Source: Chitinophagales bacterium
GTDB taxonomy: Bacteria; Bacteroidota; Bacteroidia; Chitinophagales; UBA10324
Assembly: GCA_044227805.1 (NCBI GenBank)
Contig: JBGAWA010000005.1
Location: 6,818-70,817 of the forward strand
DNA length: 64,000 nucleotides
Reading direction: 5' to 3'
A program made the position numbers and the translations under genes. How positions within the stretch are numbered: position 1 is the stretch's first letter; each line of letters opens with the position of its first letter. Positions 36,233 through 45,101 of this stretch are shown here, piece after piece. Below the pieces are notes generated by a model. It saw only the letters and a list, made by a program, of their open reading frames with translations, did no database searches and was not told where the DNA came from.

Positions 36233-37663
36233 TTATTCAGCTGTCGCAAGCGGAACATCAATGGCTGCAGGTATAAACGGTGGTTTTTTACGCATCTGTT
36301 TCTTTTCTTTCAGCTGCTGCTGACGCTCCACCCTGGTGAGATGGTTCAGCACAATCAGACCCACGAGGAAAAATGGAATACACGGAATTTTATACCGCAC
36401 AAGGGCGCCAAAATTATACGAGGTGAATCCGACAGCAAAAGAAAAGACAATAGCGAAGAAAAAGCAGAAGAACAGATCTGGATGCGAAAAGATGGAGATT
36501 ACTATTCTTCCGATGCCGTTCTTATAAAAAATATACAAGGTAAAGCCCATAATAAAAATACTCTCCAGCGCAGCAATCAGCATCACCGAGTTATTAGCTT
36601 CCCACAAATAGGGGCGGAAGAGTGTCACATTCACGGCCACCGGTATCTTGCTGATGATACTCGTCCAGCTTCCATCCATATGTCCCAAACTATAGCCGGA
36701 AGCATTGGCATTTTCGGCAAGATAGCCATGCCACTGCTGAAACCGTTCGGATGTGCTGATTACATTGTTGAGCGAGAACTGTTCAAATTCTGCTCCCAAC
36801 CGGTTAACCATCAGGAATCCAAACCCGATCGCTGTTGCCAGCACGGAAGGGCCGGCGATAACCCGCAGGAACTGGTTGCGGATTTTTTTCCGGTAGGTTA
36901 AAAAAATCCACAGCAGAAGAGCAGGGATAAAGCTGATGATGATGTAGGCCTTTACTTCCAGCGCAATGTAACCGGTGATAAAAAGTATCAGGCTGTTGCG
37001 GATAATATTTTTTCGCTTAAAAAATATCTGGTGTGAAGAGTAGGTTACCCATCCCAAGCAGCCAAACGTTATCGAATCTTTGAGTATGCCGGATCCCCAG
37101 AAGAAAACCGATGGAACAAATAACACAGCCCAGGCCAGCGGTGTGGTGAGTTGCGGATACATGGAAACAAATGTTTTGAGCAACACCCAGGCACCGGTGA
37201 AGGACAACGCGGCAATCATCACTGACATGGCAGGATAAGAATGAAAAGTCAACACGCTCAGTAATCCGTAAATCTTATCAGACATCCAGCCGGAAGGATC
37301 GTGAAAGTAAGTAACGCCCCGTGTAAATTCATACGTGTTCATGGTGATCTCATTAGAACGCAGCATCAATAAATCGAAAAAGGCACCGTACGATCGCTGC
37401 AGGGCAAGATTAAACGCATTGGCATCTTTATAATAGTAAAAAGTATCGCCACCGCCATTGTAATAAAAGAGGTAGATAATGCCCAATGAAAGCGCACCAA
37501 CAATCCTGATAGCGAGGCCAGGAATGAAATACTTTCTCAGTGGCGAGTGATCATAGCGAAAATTCCGGTAGAGATACGCTATCAGGAAGATCGCTATCAA
37601 ATAGACCGGCAGCAGGAAGATATCCTGAAAATAAAAAACTTTTATGCCTTCACCCCTGAACAT
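36233..37663 (-). CDS. Multi-pass integral membrane protein, possibly Wzy/EpsG-like polymerase or GT-C-type modifier
   Basis: 476 aa with more than 10 hydrophobic segments and a YYNGGGDTFYYY loop early in the protein. Function is inferred only from context at the edge of the glycan locus. Confidence 0.7.
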   Translation of the reverse strand: MFRGEGIKVFYFQDIFLLPVYLIAIFLIAYLYRNFRYDHSPLRKYFIPGLAIRIVGALSLGIIYLFYYNGGGDTFYYYKDANAFNLALQRSYGAFFDLLMLRSNEITMNTYEFTRGVTYFHDPSGWMSDKIYGLLSVLTFHSYPAMSVMIAALSFTGAWVLLKTFVSMYPQLTTPLAWAVLFVPSVFFWGSGILKDSITFGCLGWVTYSSHQIFFKRKNIIRNSLILFITGYIALEVKAYIIISFIPALLLWIFLTYRKKIRNQFLRVIAGPSVLATAIGFGFLMVNRLGAEFEQFSLNNVISTSERFQQWHGYLAENANASGYSLGHMDGSWTSIISKIPVAVNVTLFRPYLWEANNSVMLIAALESIFIMGFTLYIFYKNGIGRIVISIFSHPDLFFCFFFAIVFSFAVGFTSYNFGALVRYKIPCIPFFLVGLIVLNHLTRVERQQQLKEKKQMRKKPPFIPAAIDVPLATAE

Positions 37664-37675
37664 CCTGAAATAAAA

Positions 37676-37714
37676 TTAACCCTCATTTTGAAATTCAAAA
37701 CAGAAATGGGTTGA
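37676..37714 (+). repeat. Solo hairpin-1 module of the repeat family
   Basis: TTAACCCTCATTTTGAAATTCAAAACAGAAATGGGTTGAA. Lies 12 nt from the start codon of the minus-strand membrane-protein gene. Confidence 0.55.
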
Positions 37715-37742
37715 ATGCTGATGTATCCTGCATAAAGAAACC

Positions 37743-38900
37743 CTATACTTTCTGCAGCCGCTCAGCAGCTTTTTCCAATGTTTCATTTTCCTTCGCGAAA
37801 CAAAACCGCAACATCTTCCTGTCAATACCATGATGATAAAAAACCGACGTAGGAATGGCCGCTACTCCTGCTTCCTTTGTCAGACGCACCGCAAAGTCTG
37901 TATCTTTTTCATTGCTGATTACTTTGTAGCTCAACAGCTGAAAGTAACTGCCGGCGGCTGGCTTTGCTTTGAATCTTGACCCTTCCGTCAGTTTCAGAAA
38001 ATAGTTGCGCTTCTCTTCATAGAAGGTACGGAGTCCCAGATAGTGCATGGGATCCTTCATCATCTCAGCAAAGGCATATTGAACAGGTGTATTGGCGGAG
38101 AAAACAATAAACTGATGTGCCTTTCTGAACTCTCTCATCAATTCTGCCGGTGCAAGGCAATAACCCATTTTCCAGCCGGTGTTATGATATGTTTTGCCGA
38201 AGGAGAAAACGACGAAGCTTCTTTCTGCAAGCTTCGGATAACGCATCACGCTCTGGTGTTCCAGGCCATCAAAAATGATGTGCTCATAGACTTCATCACT
38301 CAGGATAATGATGTCGGTATTTTGAGTCAGCTTCTGCAGTTGTTTCATATCCTGCGCCGTCATCACCATACCGCTTGGGTTGTGGGGCGTATTGATGATG
38401 ATCATCTTCGTGCGCTGGTTGATGAGTTTCTTTACGGCGTTCCAGTCAATAACATAGTCAGGTACTTCCAGCTCCACGTAGATGGCAATACCTCCGTTCA
38501 GCTCAACAGATGGCGCATAACAATCATATGCGGGTTCAAAGATGATAACCTCATCACCTTCCTCCACCACTGCGGTGATGGCTGCATAGATGGCTTCGGT
38601 GCCTCCTGCCGTAACGGTCACCTCTGTTTCCGGGTGATAATTCGCGGCATAAAGACTTTCAGCCTTCGCTGCAATAGCTTCGCGAAGCGGCAATATACCC
38701 GGCATAGGCGCGTATTGATTCAGCCCTTTGCGCATGAATTGCTCCACCAGGGAGATCAATCGCGCATCACACATAAAATCAGGAAAGCCCTGCGACAGAT
38801 TGATGGCGCCATGTTCCTGTGCAAGGGCTGACATAATCGTAAAAATAGTAGTGCCGGTTTTGGGCAGTTTTGATTTTACATGTGCAGGATAATCAGGCAT
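37743..38900 (-). CDS. Class I/II PLP-dependent aminotransferase (methionine aminotransferase YbdL-like)
   Basis: 385 aa. NLSQGFPDF at the N-terminus, NPHNPSG, and the PLP-lysine motif SFGKTYHNTGWKMGY. Confidence 0.8.
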   Translation of the reverse strand: MPDYPAHVKSKLPKTGTTIFTIMSALAQEHGAINLSQGFPDFMCDARLISLVEQFMRKGLNQYAPMPGILPLREAIAAKAESLYAANYHPETEVTVTAGGTEAIYAAITAVVEEGDEVIIFEPAYDCYAPSVELNGGIAIYVELEVPDYVIDWNAVKKLINQRTKMIIINTPHNPSGMVMTAQDMKQLQKLTQNTDIIILSDEVYEHIIFDGLEHQSVMRYPKLAERSFVVFSFGKTYHNTGWKMGYCLAPAELMREFRKAHQFIVFSANTPVQYAFAEMMKDPMHYLGLRTFYEEKRNYFLKLTEGSRFKAKPAAGSYFQLLSYKVISNEKDTDFAVRLTKEAGVAAIPTSVFYHHGIDRKMLRFCFAKENETLEKAAERLQKV

Positions 38901-39146
38901 CGTAGTATCTATAGTTTATGAAAAGTTTTATTACATGTACTGCTTTCAAAACAAGCCGATCCGTAAGAGCCATACCGCTGCAATATTGATAATATTTGCC
39001 GCATGCTATAAAAAGATAAGGTTCAGCATGAAAACAATTAAAGCAAGTATGAAAAAATTATGGTGATCAGGTGAGAATTCTCTTTCTTTGCTTTGATCGC
39101 CAACAAGTTTCTGACTGCAAGTTAAATTCAGGAAACGAACTGACCA

Positions 39147-39884
39147 ATGTTTTTTATTATCATCCTGACCACATTGCTGCTCACTTCTCCCGGTTACCTG
39201 ACTGACACTTCTACTGCTATAGATGCCACTGCCGGATATGAATGGTGGGATCAGTGGCTAAAAAAAAATGTGTCCGGTAAAGGCGAGGTGAATTACAAAA
39301 ACATGAAGCCCGAGTTGGCTGCCCTGCAGTCATTCATTGCCGAAATGGGCAGAAAGGTGCCCGCCGCCGAAGCCAGCAGGAATGAACAACTGGCCTACTG
39401 GATCAACCTGTACAATGCCGCTACCATTCAGCTTGTGCTTCAGTCTTACCCGGTTAAAAGTATCCGCGACATCAGCAATGGCAAACCGTGGGACGATGTT
39501 TTTATTACGGCAGGTGCCAGAAAATATTCGCTCAATAATATTGAACATGATATTCTGCGAAAACAATTTGCCGATCCGCGTATCCATTTTGCCATTAACT
39601 GTGCAGCCAAATCATGCCCCAAGCTGCTGAATGCCGCTTTTGACAAGGACCGGCTCGATATGCAACTGAACAGTCTTGCCAAATCATTCGTCAATGACCC
39701 CTCCAAAAATAAAATCACCGCTACACAAATTGATATTTCAGAAATATTCAACTGGTATCGGCAGGACTTCACACAGCAGGGCAGTCTGATAGACTTTCTC
39801 AATACCTGGTCGGCTGTTAGAATATCAGCTTCCGCATCCATCCATTATCTGAACTATGACTGGAGTTTAAACGAATTACCATGA
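39147..39884 (+). CDS. DUF547 domain protein with N-terminal signal/TM segment
   Basis: INLYNAATIQLVL and HFAINCAAKSCPKL are DUF547 hallmarks. Hydrophobic N-terminus MFFIIILTTLLL. Confidence 0.75.
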   Translation: MFFIIILTTLLLTSPGYLTDTSTAIDATAGYEWWDQWLKKNVSGKGEVNYKNMKPELAALQSFIAEMGRKVPAAEASRNEQLAYWINLYNAATIQLVLQSYPVKSIRDISNGKPWDDVFITAGARKYSLNNIEHDILRKQFADPRIHFAINCAAKSCPKLLNAAFDKDRLDMQLNSLAKSFVNDPSKNKITATQIDISEIFNWYRQDFTQQGSLIDFLNTWSAVRISASASIHYLNYDWSLNELP

Positions 39885-40486
39885 AGCAGCACGACAGTTT
39901 ACTGATGATTTTTGTAAAGAACCCTGTGCCGGGAAAAGTGAAAACCCGCCTGGCAAAGACGATGGGTGAAGAAAAAGCGATGGAGATTTACCGGCAATTG
40001 CTCGATCACACCCATAAGACAACACAGAAACTGGCAATGGATAAAATCGTTTTTTATTCAGATGAAATATTGAACGAGGACATTTGGGAAGAAAAAAATT
40101 ATGGCAAGAAGCTGCAGGAAGGAAGTGATCTCGGGAAGCGTATGGCAAATGCGTTCAAGTATGCTTTCAGCAAAGCCTATCGCAAAGCCATTATCATTGG
40201 CAGCGATTGTTTCGATATTACTCCTAAAATTATCAATGAAGCATTCGCCGCTTTGCCGGCCAATAATTTTGTAATTGGTCCTTCTCACGATGGCGGCTAC
40301 TATCTGCTGGGCATGTCAACTTTTTATGCCTCCCTTTTCAAAAACAAAAGATGGAGCTCAGATGAAGTGTTGCATGATACCCTGGTAGATATCCGTAATA
40401 TCAACGGCTCCTATAAATTACTCAAGGAGCTCACCGATATTGACACCGAAGCAGATCTGGAGGCTGTAGGAAAAGGAATTTCCTGA
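39881..40486 (+). CDS. DUF2064/TIGR04282-type glycosyltransferase-like protein (arsenosugar-cluster associated)
   Basis: LLMIFVKNPVPGKVKTRLA at the N-terminus, IIIGSDCFDIT and GPSHDGGYYLLG. ATGA overlap with the DUF547 gene. Confidence 0.75.
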   Translation: MKQHDSLLMIFVKNPVPGKVKTRLAKTMGEEKAMEIYRQLLDHTHKTTQKLAMDKIVFYSDEILNEDIWEEKNYGKKLQEGSDLGKRMANAFKYAFSKAYRKAIIIGSDCFDITPKIINEAFAALPANNFVIGPSHDGGYYLLGMSTFYASLFKNKRWSSDEVLHDTLVDIRNINGSYKLLKELTDIDTEADLEAVGKGIS

Positions 40487-40501
40487 AGACAGAGCAGGAT
40501 A

Positions 40502-40530
40502 GAGCAACACTCCGTGTTACTCACTTTTTT
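40502..40530 (+). terminator. Putative intrinsic terminator
   Basis: GAGCAACAC-TCC-GTGTTACTC is a 9-bp stem with one mismatch, followed by ACTTTTTT. Lies 16 nt after the stop at 40486. Confidence 0.4.
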
Positions 40531-40610
40531 CATTGTTATCGTGCGGAAGGAGTCCGCTGAAATATCTAATTCATTCCATTGATGATGAATAGCAACAATT
40601 CTTATTTCTG

Positions 40611-41429
40611 ATGACTTTACCGGAACAGCTCCAGGAGACAGTTGATTTTCTTCACGCGAAAAATATCAGTGTGCCCGCAGCCGGAATCATTTTGGGAACA
40701 GGCCTGGGTAATCTTGCCACGCGCATTGTGAAGGAAGTGGAAATCGACTACAGGGACATTCCGCATTTTCCACTTTCTACGGTGGAATATCACAAGGGAA
40801 AAATGATCTATGGTATGCTGGGCGGCAAAAAAGTGGTGGCCCTGCAGGGACGATTTCATTTGTATGAAGACTATACCATCCAGCAAATCACTTTCCCTGT
40901 CAGGATTTTGAAGCTACTGGGTATTCAGTACCTGTTGATCTCCAATGCCGCAGGAGGATTGAACCCGTTGATCAAGAAAGGATCGCTCATGGCGATTGAT
41001 GATCACATAAATATGCAACCGTTTAATCCGCTGAGCGGAAAAAATTATGAAGAGCTCGGCCCGCGTTTTCCGGATATGAGTTGTCCATACGATCCCGGCC
41101 TGTTGGAAAAAATGGAACAGTGTGCCGAACAACTGCAAATCACATTACACAAAGGTGTTTACGTTGCTGTGAACGGACCCAATCTCGAAACGAGGGCTGA
41201 ATACCGATTCCTGAGAATGATCGGTGCTGATGCGGTAGGCATGTCTACGGTACCGGAAGTAATTGTTGCCAATCATATGTCGCTGCCCGTTGCTGCCGTT
41301 TCTGTTATTACCGATGAATGCGATCCTGATAACTTAAAACCGGTTAACATTGCAGAAATAATTGAAACGGCTGGCAAAGCAGAAGTGCAGCTGACAGCAC
41401 TTTTCGAAAACCTGGTACGCACACTTTGA
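40611..41429 (+). CDS. Purine nucleoside phosphorylase, trimeric PNP/MTAP family
   Basis: ILGTGLG, ALQGRFHLYE, SNAAGGLN, GPNLETRAEYRF and VGMSTVPEV motifs. 272 aa. Confidence 0.9.
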   Translation: MTLPEQLQETVDFLHAKNISVPAAGIILGTGLGNLATRIVKEVEIDYRDIPHFPLSTVEYHKGKMIYGMLGGKKVVALQGRFHLYEDYTIQQITFPVRILKLLGIQYLLISNAAGGLNPLIKKGSLMAIDDHINMQPFNPLSGKNYEELGPRFPDMSCPYDPGLLEKMEQCAEQLQITLHKGVYVAVNGPNLETRAEYRFLRMIGADAVGMSTVPEVIVANHMSLPVAAVSVITDECDPDNLKPVNIAEIIETAGKAEVQLTALFENLVRTL

Positions 41430-41516
41430 AATCGTAAGGGATAGGCCGGGCTGACAGCTTACTATTTGAAAAGCGAAAATATTACAGAAAATAAATTATA
41501 TGACTAAATCCAACAG

Positions 41517-41849
41517 ATGAAAACCTACTACAATCCTGAAGACCTGAAAAAATTTGGAAATATCGCCGAGTTCGACAAGCCACTGGCAGACCAGTTTTTC
41601 CGCTGGTATGGCGATGTGTTTAGTGAGGGCGCACTTACCGCCCGCGAAAAATCGCTGATCGCTCTCGCTGTAGCGCATGCCATTCAATGCCCTTACTGCA
41701 TTGAAGCCTATACCGAAGACACACTCACAAAAGGATACACCGAAGAACAGATGATGGAAGCCGTGCATGTTGCCGCTGCCATCCGCAGCGGCGCAAGTCT
41801 TGTGCATGCCACCCAGATGATGAATAAGGCAAAGGAGTTAACAATGTGA
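41517..41849 (+). CDS. AhpD/carboxymuconolactone decarboxylase-fold peroxidase-like protein (TIGR04169-type, arsenosugar-cluster associated)
   Basis: 110 aa. CPYCIEAY CxxC motif in an AhpD-like context. Immediately upstream of the ArsS-like gene. Confidence 0.75.
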   Translation: MKTYYNPEDLKKFGNIAEFDKPLADQFFRWYGDVFSEGALTAREKSLIALAVAHAIQCPYCIEAYTEDTLTKGYTEEQMMEAVHVAAAIRSGASLVHATQMMNKAKELTM

Positions 41850-41919
41850 TCGTTTCAACTCCCGACATTTTAATCCGCTATTGATCAAACATTCATCGCA
41901 CGCCATTCAAAAATTCCAC

Positions 41920-42969
41920 ATGAAGTCACTACATGCACAGCATCATGAACTCTCTGACAGCGGCAGACAGCTGCAGTTGTTGAACGATGTTGTGCACACA
42001 TCCGCCATCACGTCCTTCCGTCAAAAACTGGAAACATTGGGATTCTATCCGCTGAAGCCCTCTGCCACTGAAATTTTGCAGGTGAATATTGGCAAGATGT
42101 GCAACCAGACCTGCAAACACTGCCACGTAGATGCCGGTCCGGACCGGCAGGAAATCATGACAAGGCAAACGATGGAGCAATGCCTGCAGGTGTTGCAATC
42201 TTCATCCATACCGGTAGTTGATATCACCGGTGGCGCTCCCGAGCTGAATCCCAACTTCCGCTGGTTTGTTGAAGAGTGCGCCAAACTGGGGGTGAAAGTG
42301 ATTGACCGCTGTAACCTCACCATCATTCTTTCCAACAAGAAATATCATGACCTCCCTGAATTTTTTGCACGGCATAAAGTGGAACTGGTGAGCTCACTGC
42401 CTTTCTACCATGCCGACAGAACGGACAGGCAACGTGGAGAAGGGGTGTTTGATGCCTCTGTAAAAGCATTGAAAATGCTGAATGATCACGGTTATGGTAA
42501 GGAAAGAAGCGGACTCATCCTGAACCTGGTGTATAACCCTGCAGGTGCCTTTCTGCCTGCAGGCCAACAAATGCTGGAATCGCAATTCAAAAAAGTGTTG
42601 CATGATGAATATGCAATCACCTTCAACAACTTGTTTACGATTACCAATATGCCGATCAGCCGATTTCTTGATTACCTTATTACAAGCGGAAACTATGAAT
42701 CATATATGGAAAAATTACTGGCGGCTTTTAATCCGGCAACAATCAGCGGATTGATGTGCCGCAATACCATTTCTGTTGGTTGGGATGGCTACCTGTATGA
42801 CTGTGATTTTAACCAGATGCTCGACTTGAAAACAGGCAGCGATAATGCTATGCACATCAGTACTTTTGACAGCATCGCGGCACAAAATCGCGAAATAATA
42901 ATATCACAACATTGCTATGGATGCACCGCCGGCGCCGGATCGAGCTGTGGCGGGGAAGTGGTGACATAA
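41920..42969 (+). CDS. arsS: Radical SAM/Cys-rich-domain protein, ArsS-like (arsenosugar biosynthesis)
   Basis: CNQTCKHC radical SAM CX3CX2C box and C-terminal Cys-rich tail CYGCTAGAGSSCGG. The ORF begins at a TTG at 41881, and the ATG at 41920 is likely. Confidence 0.8.
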   Translation: MKSLHAQHHELSDSGRQLQLLNDVVHTSAITSFRQKLETLGFYPLKPSATEILQVNIGKMCNQTCKHCHVDAGPDRQEIMTRQTMEQCLQVLQSSSIPVVDITGGAPELNPNFRWFVEECAKLGVKVIDRCNLTIILSNKKYHDLPEFFARHKVELVSSLPFYHADRTDRQRGEGVFDASVKALKMLNDHGYGKERSGLILNLVYNPAGAFLPAGQQMLESQFKKVLHDEYAITFNNLFTITNMPISRFLDYLITSGNYESYMEKLLAAFNPATISGLMCRNTISVGWDGYLYDCDFNQMLDLKTGSDNAMHISTFDSIAAQNREIIISQHCYGCTAGAGSSCGGEVVT

Positions 42970-43152
42970 GCCAGTATTTTTAAATGGAAAAAGGCGGGTG
43001 GACTGCAAAATGCAGGTCTAACGTTACTTCCGTTCTTCTCACATGCAGGGCACTGTCCAGTCAGGCCTTCCGCTTTCCAGGGAAGAATTCCCCATTTCCG
43101 GTGTTCCTGTTCAATTATATAAATTTACCACCACCAATAATTATACAATTGC

Positions 43153-44148
43153 ATGATGTCAACTACCGAGGTAACCGAACTGAATGAAAAAATCCGAAAG
43201 CAAAGCACGTTTATCGATTCCTTAAAAAATGAAATGGCCAAAGCCATTATCGGACAACAATACATGGTGGACAGGCTCATACTTTCCCTGCTCTCCAATG
43301 GGCATATATTGCTGGAAGGCGTGCCCGGGCTTGCCAAAACGCTGGCGATAAAAACAATGGCCGCTGCCATTCGGGCCGGCTTCAGTCGTATACAATTTAC
43401 ACCCGACCTGTTACCCGCCGACTTGTTGGGCACTATGATCTATAACCAGCAAAAAAATGAATTCACCGTAAAGAAGGGACCGGTTTTTTCCAACCTGATA
43501 CTGGCGGATGAAATCAACCGTGCCTCTGCTAAAGTGCAAAGCGCTTTACTGCAGGCCATGCAGGAACGACAGGTAACTATCGGGGATCAGACCTATAAAC
43601 TTGAGGAACCGTTCCTGGTTCTGGCAACACAAAATCCATTGGAACAGGAAGGAACCTATCCGCTGCCCGAAGCACAAGTGGACAGGTTTATGATGAAAGT
43701 AATTATCACTTACCCGGAAAGGGAGGACGAAAGGCAAATTATCCGTCAACAAATTGCTGATGCGCCAACGTTTATACAACCGGTCATCACACCGCAAGAT
43801 ATCTTAAGTGCACGGCACCTGGTACGCGACATTTACCTCGATGAAAAAATTGAACAATACATTCTCGACATTGTATTGGCTACCCGTAACCCGGCTGAAT
43901 TTAAATTGGAAAAACTCAAAGGCCTGTTGCGGTATGGCAGCTCACCGCGCGGAAGCATCAGCCTGGCAATCGCCGCAAAATCAATAGCCTTTATACAACA
44001 CCGCGGCTTTGTGATACCAGATGATATCAAAAACGTTTGCCTGGATGTGTTGCGTCATAGAATCGGTATCACTTATGAAGCGGAAGCGGAAAACGTGACC
44101 ACAGATGAAATCATCCGCGAAATCATCCGGAAAGTGGAAGTGCCTTAG
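43153..44148 (+). CDS. MoxR family AAA+ ATPase
   Basis: Walker A LLEGVPGLAKT and Walker B ILADEINRA. 331 aa. First gene of the Bat-type operon. Confidence 0.9.
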   Translation: MMSTTEVTELNEKIRKQSTFIDSLKNEMAKAIIGQQYMVDRLILSLLSNGHILLEGVPGLAKTLAIKTMAAAIRAGFSRIQFTPDLLPADLLGTMIYNQQKNEFTVKKGPVFSNLILADEINRASAKVQSALLQAMQERQVTIGDQTYKLEEPFLVLATQNPLEQEGTYPLPEAQVDRFMMKVIITYPEREDERQIIRQQIADAPTFIQPVITPQDILSARHLVRDIYLDEKIEQYILDIVLATRNPAEFKLEKLKGLLRYGSSPRGSISLAIAAKSIAFIQHRGFVIPDDIKNVCLDVLRHRIGITYEAEAENVTTDEIIREIIRKVEVP

Positions 44149-44196
44149 TGATGAAAAAATGCAGCCTTAACTTTGTAACCCTACCAAACAGCAGAC

Positions 44197-45072
44197 GTGG
44201 AAACCGCTGAGCTTATTAAGAAAGTCCGGAAGCTGGAGATCAAAACAAAAGGCATGGTAAGCCAGCTTTTTTCAGGCGAATACCACAGCGCTTTTAAAGG
44301 ACGTGGCATTTCTTTCAGCGAAGTGCGTGAATATGAATTGGGTGATGAAATCCGGTCTATCGACTGGAATGTTACTGCCCGCATGAATCACCCCTATGTT
44401 AAAGTGTTTGAAGAAGAACGCGAACTGGCGGTAATGCTGATGGTGGATGTAAGTCAATCAGCGATGTTCGGCACACAGCAACAATCCAAGTATGACCTGA
44501 TCGCTGAGGTGAGCGCCTTGCTGGCCTATTCCGCCATTCGCAATAACGACAAAGTGGGCATGATTCTTTTCAGCGATAAAATCGAAAAATTCATTCCTCC
44601 CCAAAAAGGCAGTTCACACATTTTGCGGATCATCAGGGAGCTGCTGGACGTTTCACCGGCTTCCCCAAAAACTAACATCGCCTCGGCGTTGCAGTATCTC
44701 AACAACGTGATAAAAAAAAGATGCGTAGTGTTCCTGCTGTCGGATTTTATCACTTCCGGGTACGAACCCATGCTGATGATCACAGCACGAAGGCATGATG
44801 TGGTGGGAATTCATGTATTCGATCGCCGTGAAACGGAAATACCCGATATCGGTTTGCTGCAGGTGCAGGATGCGGAAACCGGCAAGATCCTATGCATTGA
44901 TACCGGCAATGGTACCCTACGGAAAAATTACGCACAAAAATACCAGCACCATCTTCTGCAGTTGACAGTCGTGTTGCAGCGATGCGGCATTGACTCCATC
45001 AGCATTCAGACAGGCAATCCATACATACGGGCGCTGATGTTATTGTTCGAAAGAAGAAGCAAAAAAGTTTAA
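44197..45072 (+). CDS. DUF58 domain protein
   Basis: GEYHSAFKGRGISFSEVREYELGDEIRSIDWNVTAR is the DUF58 hallmark. GTG start in the ORF track. Confidence 0.85.
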   Translation: METAELIKKVRKLEIKTKGMVSQLFSGEYHSAFKGRGISFSEVREYELGDEIRSIDWNVTARMNHPYVKVFEEERELAVMLMVDVSQSAMFGTQQQSKYDLIAEVSALLAYSAIRNNDKVGMILFSDKIEKFIPPQKGSSHILRIIRELLDVSPASPKTNIASALQYLNNVIKKRCVVFLLSDFITSGYEPMLMITARRHDVVGIHVFDRRETEIPDIGLLQVQDAETGKILCIDTGNGTLRKNYAQKYQHHLLQLTVVLQRCGIDSISIQTGNPYIRALMLLFERRSKKV

Positions 45073-45101
45073 TCCAGATCAATCAGCAGGACACGAGGAG
45101 T

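Noticed and set aside
36227-36901. 224-aa plus-strand ORF opposite the polytopic membrane-protein gene
   Set aside because: It is an antisense shadow of a much longer, hydrophobic and well-formed minus-strand ORF. Its translation is low-complexity and Lys/His/Gln-rich with no motif.
41920-42969. Radical SAM gene considered as a RiPP maturase or selenoprotein
   Set aside because: I saw no plausible precursor peptide ORF adjacent. The Cys-rich tail CYGCTAGAGSSCGG and the neighbours fit the ArsS-type cluster. The tail cysteines are encoded by TGC/TGT with no in-frame TGA, so there is no selenocysteine here.
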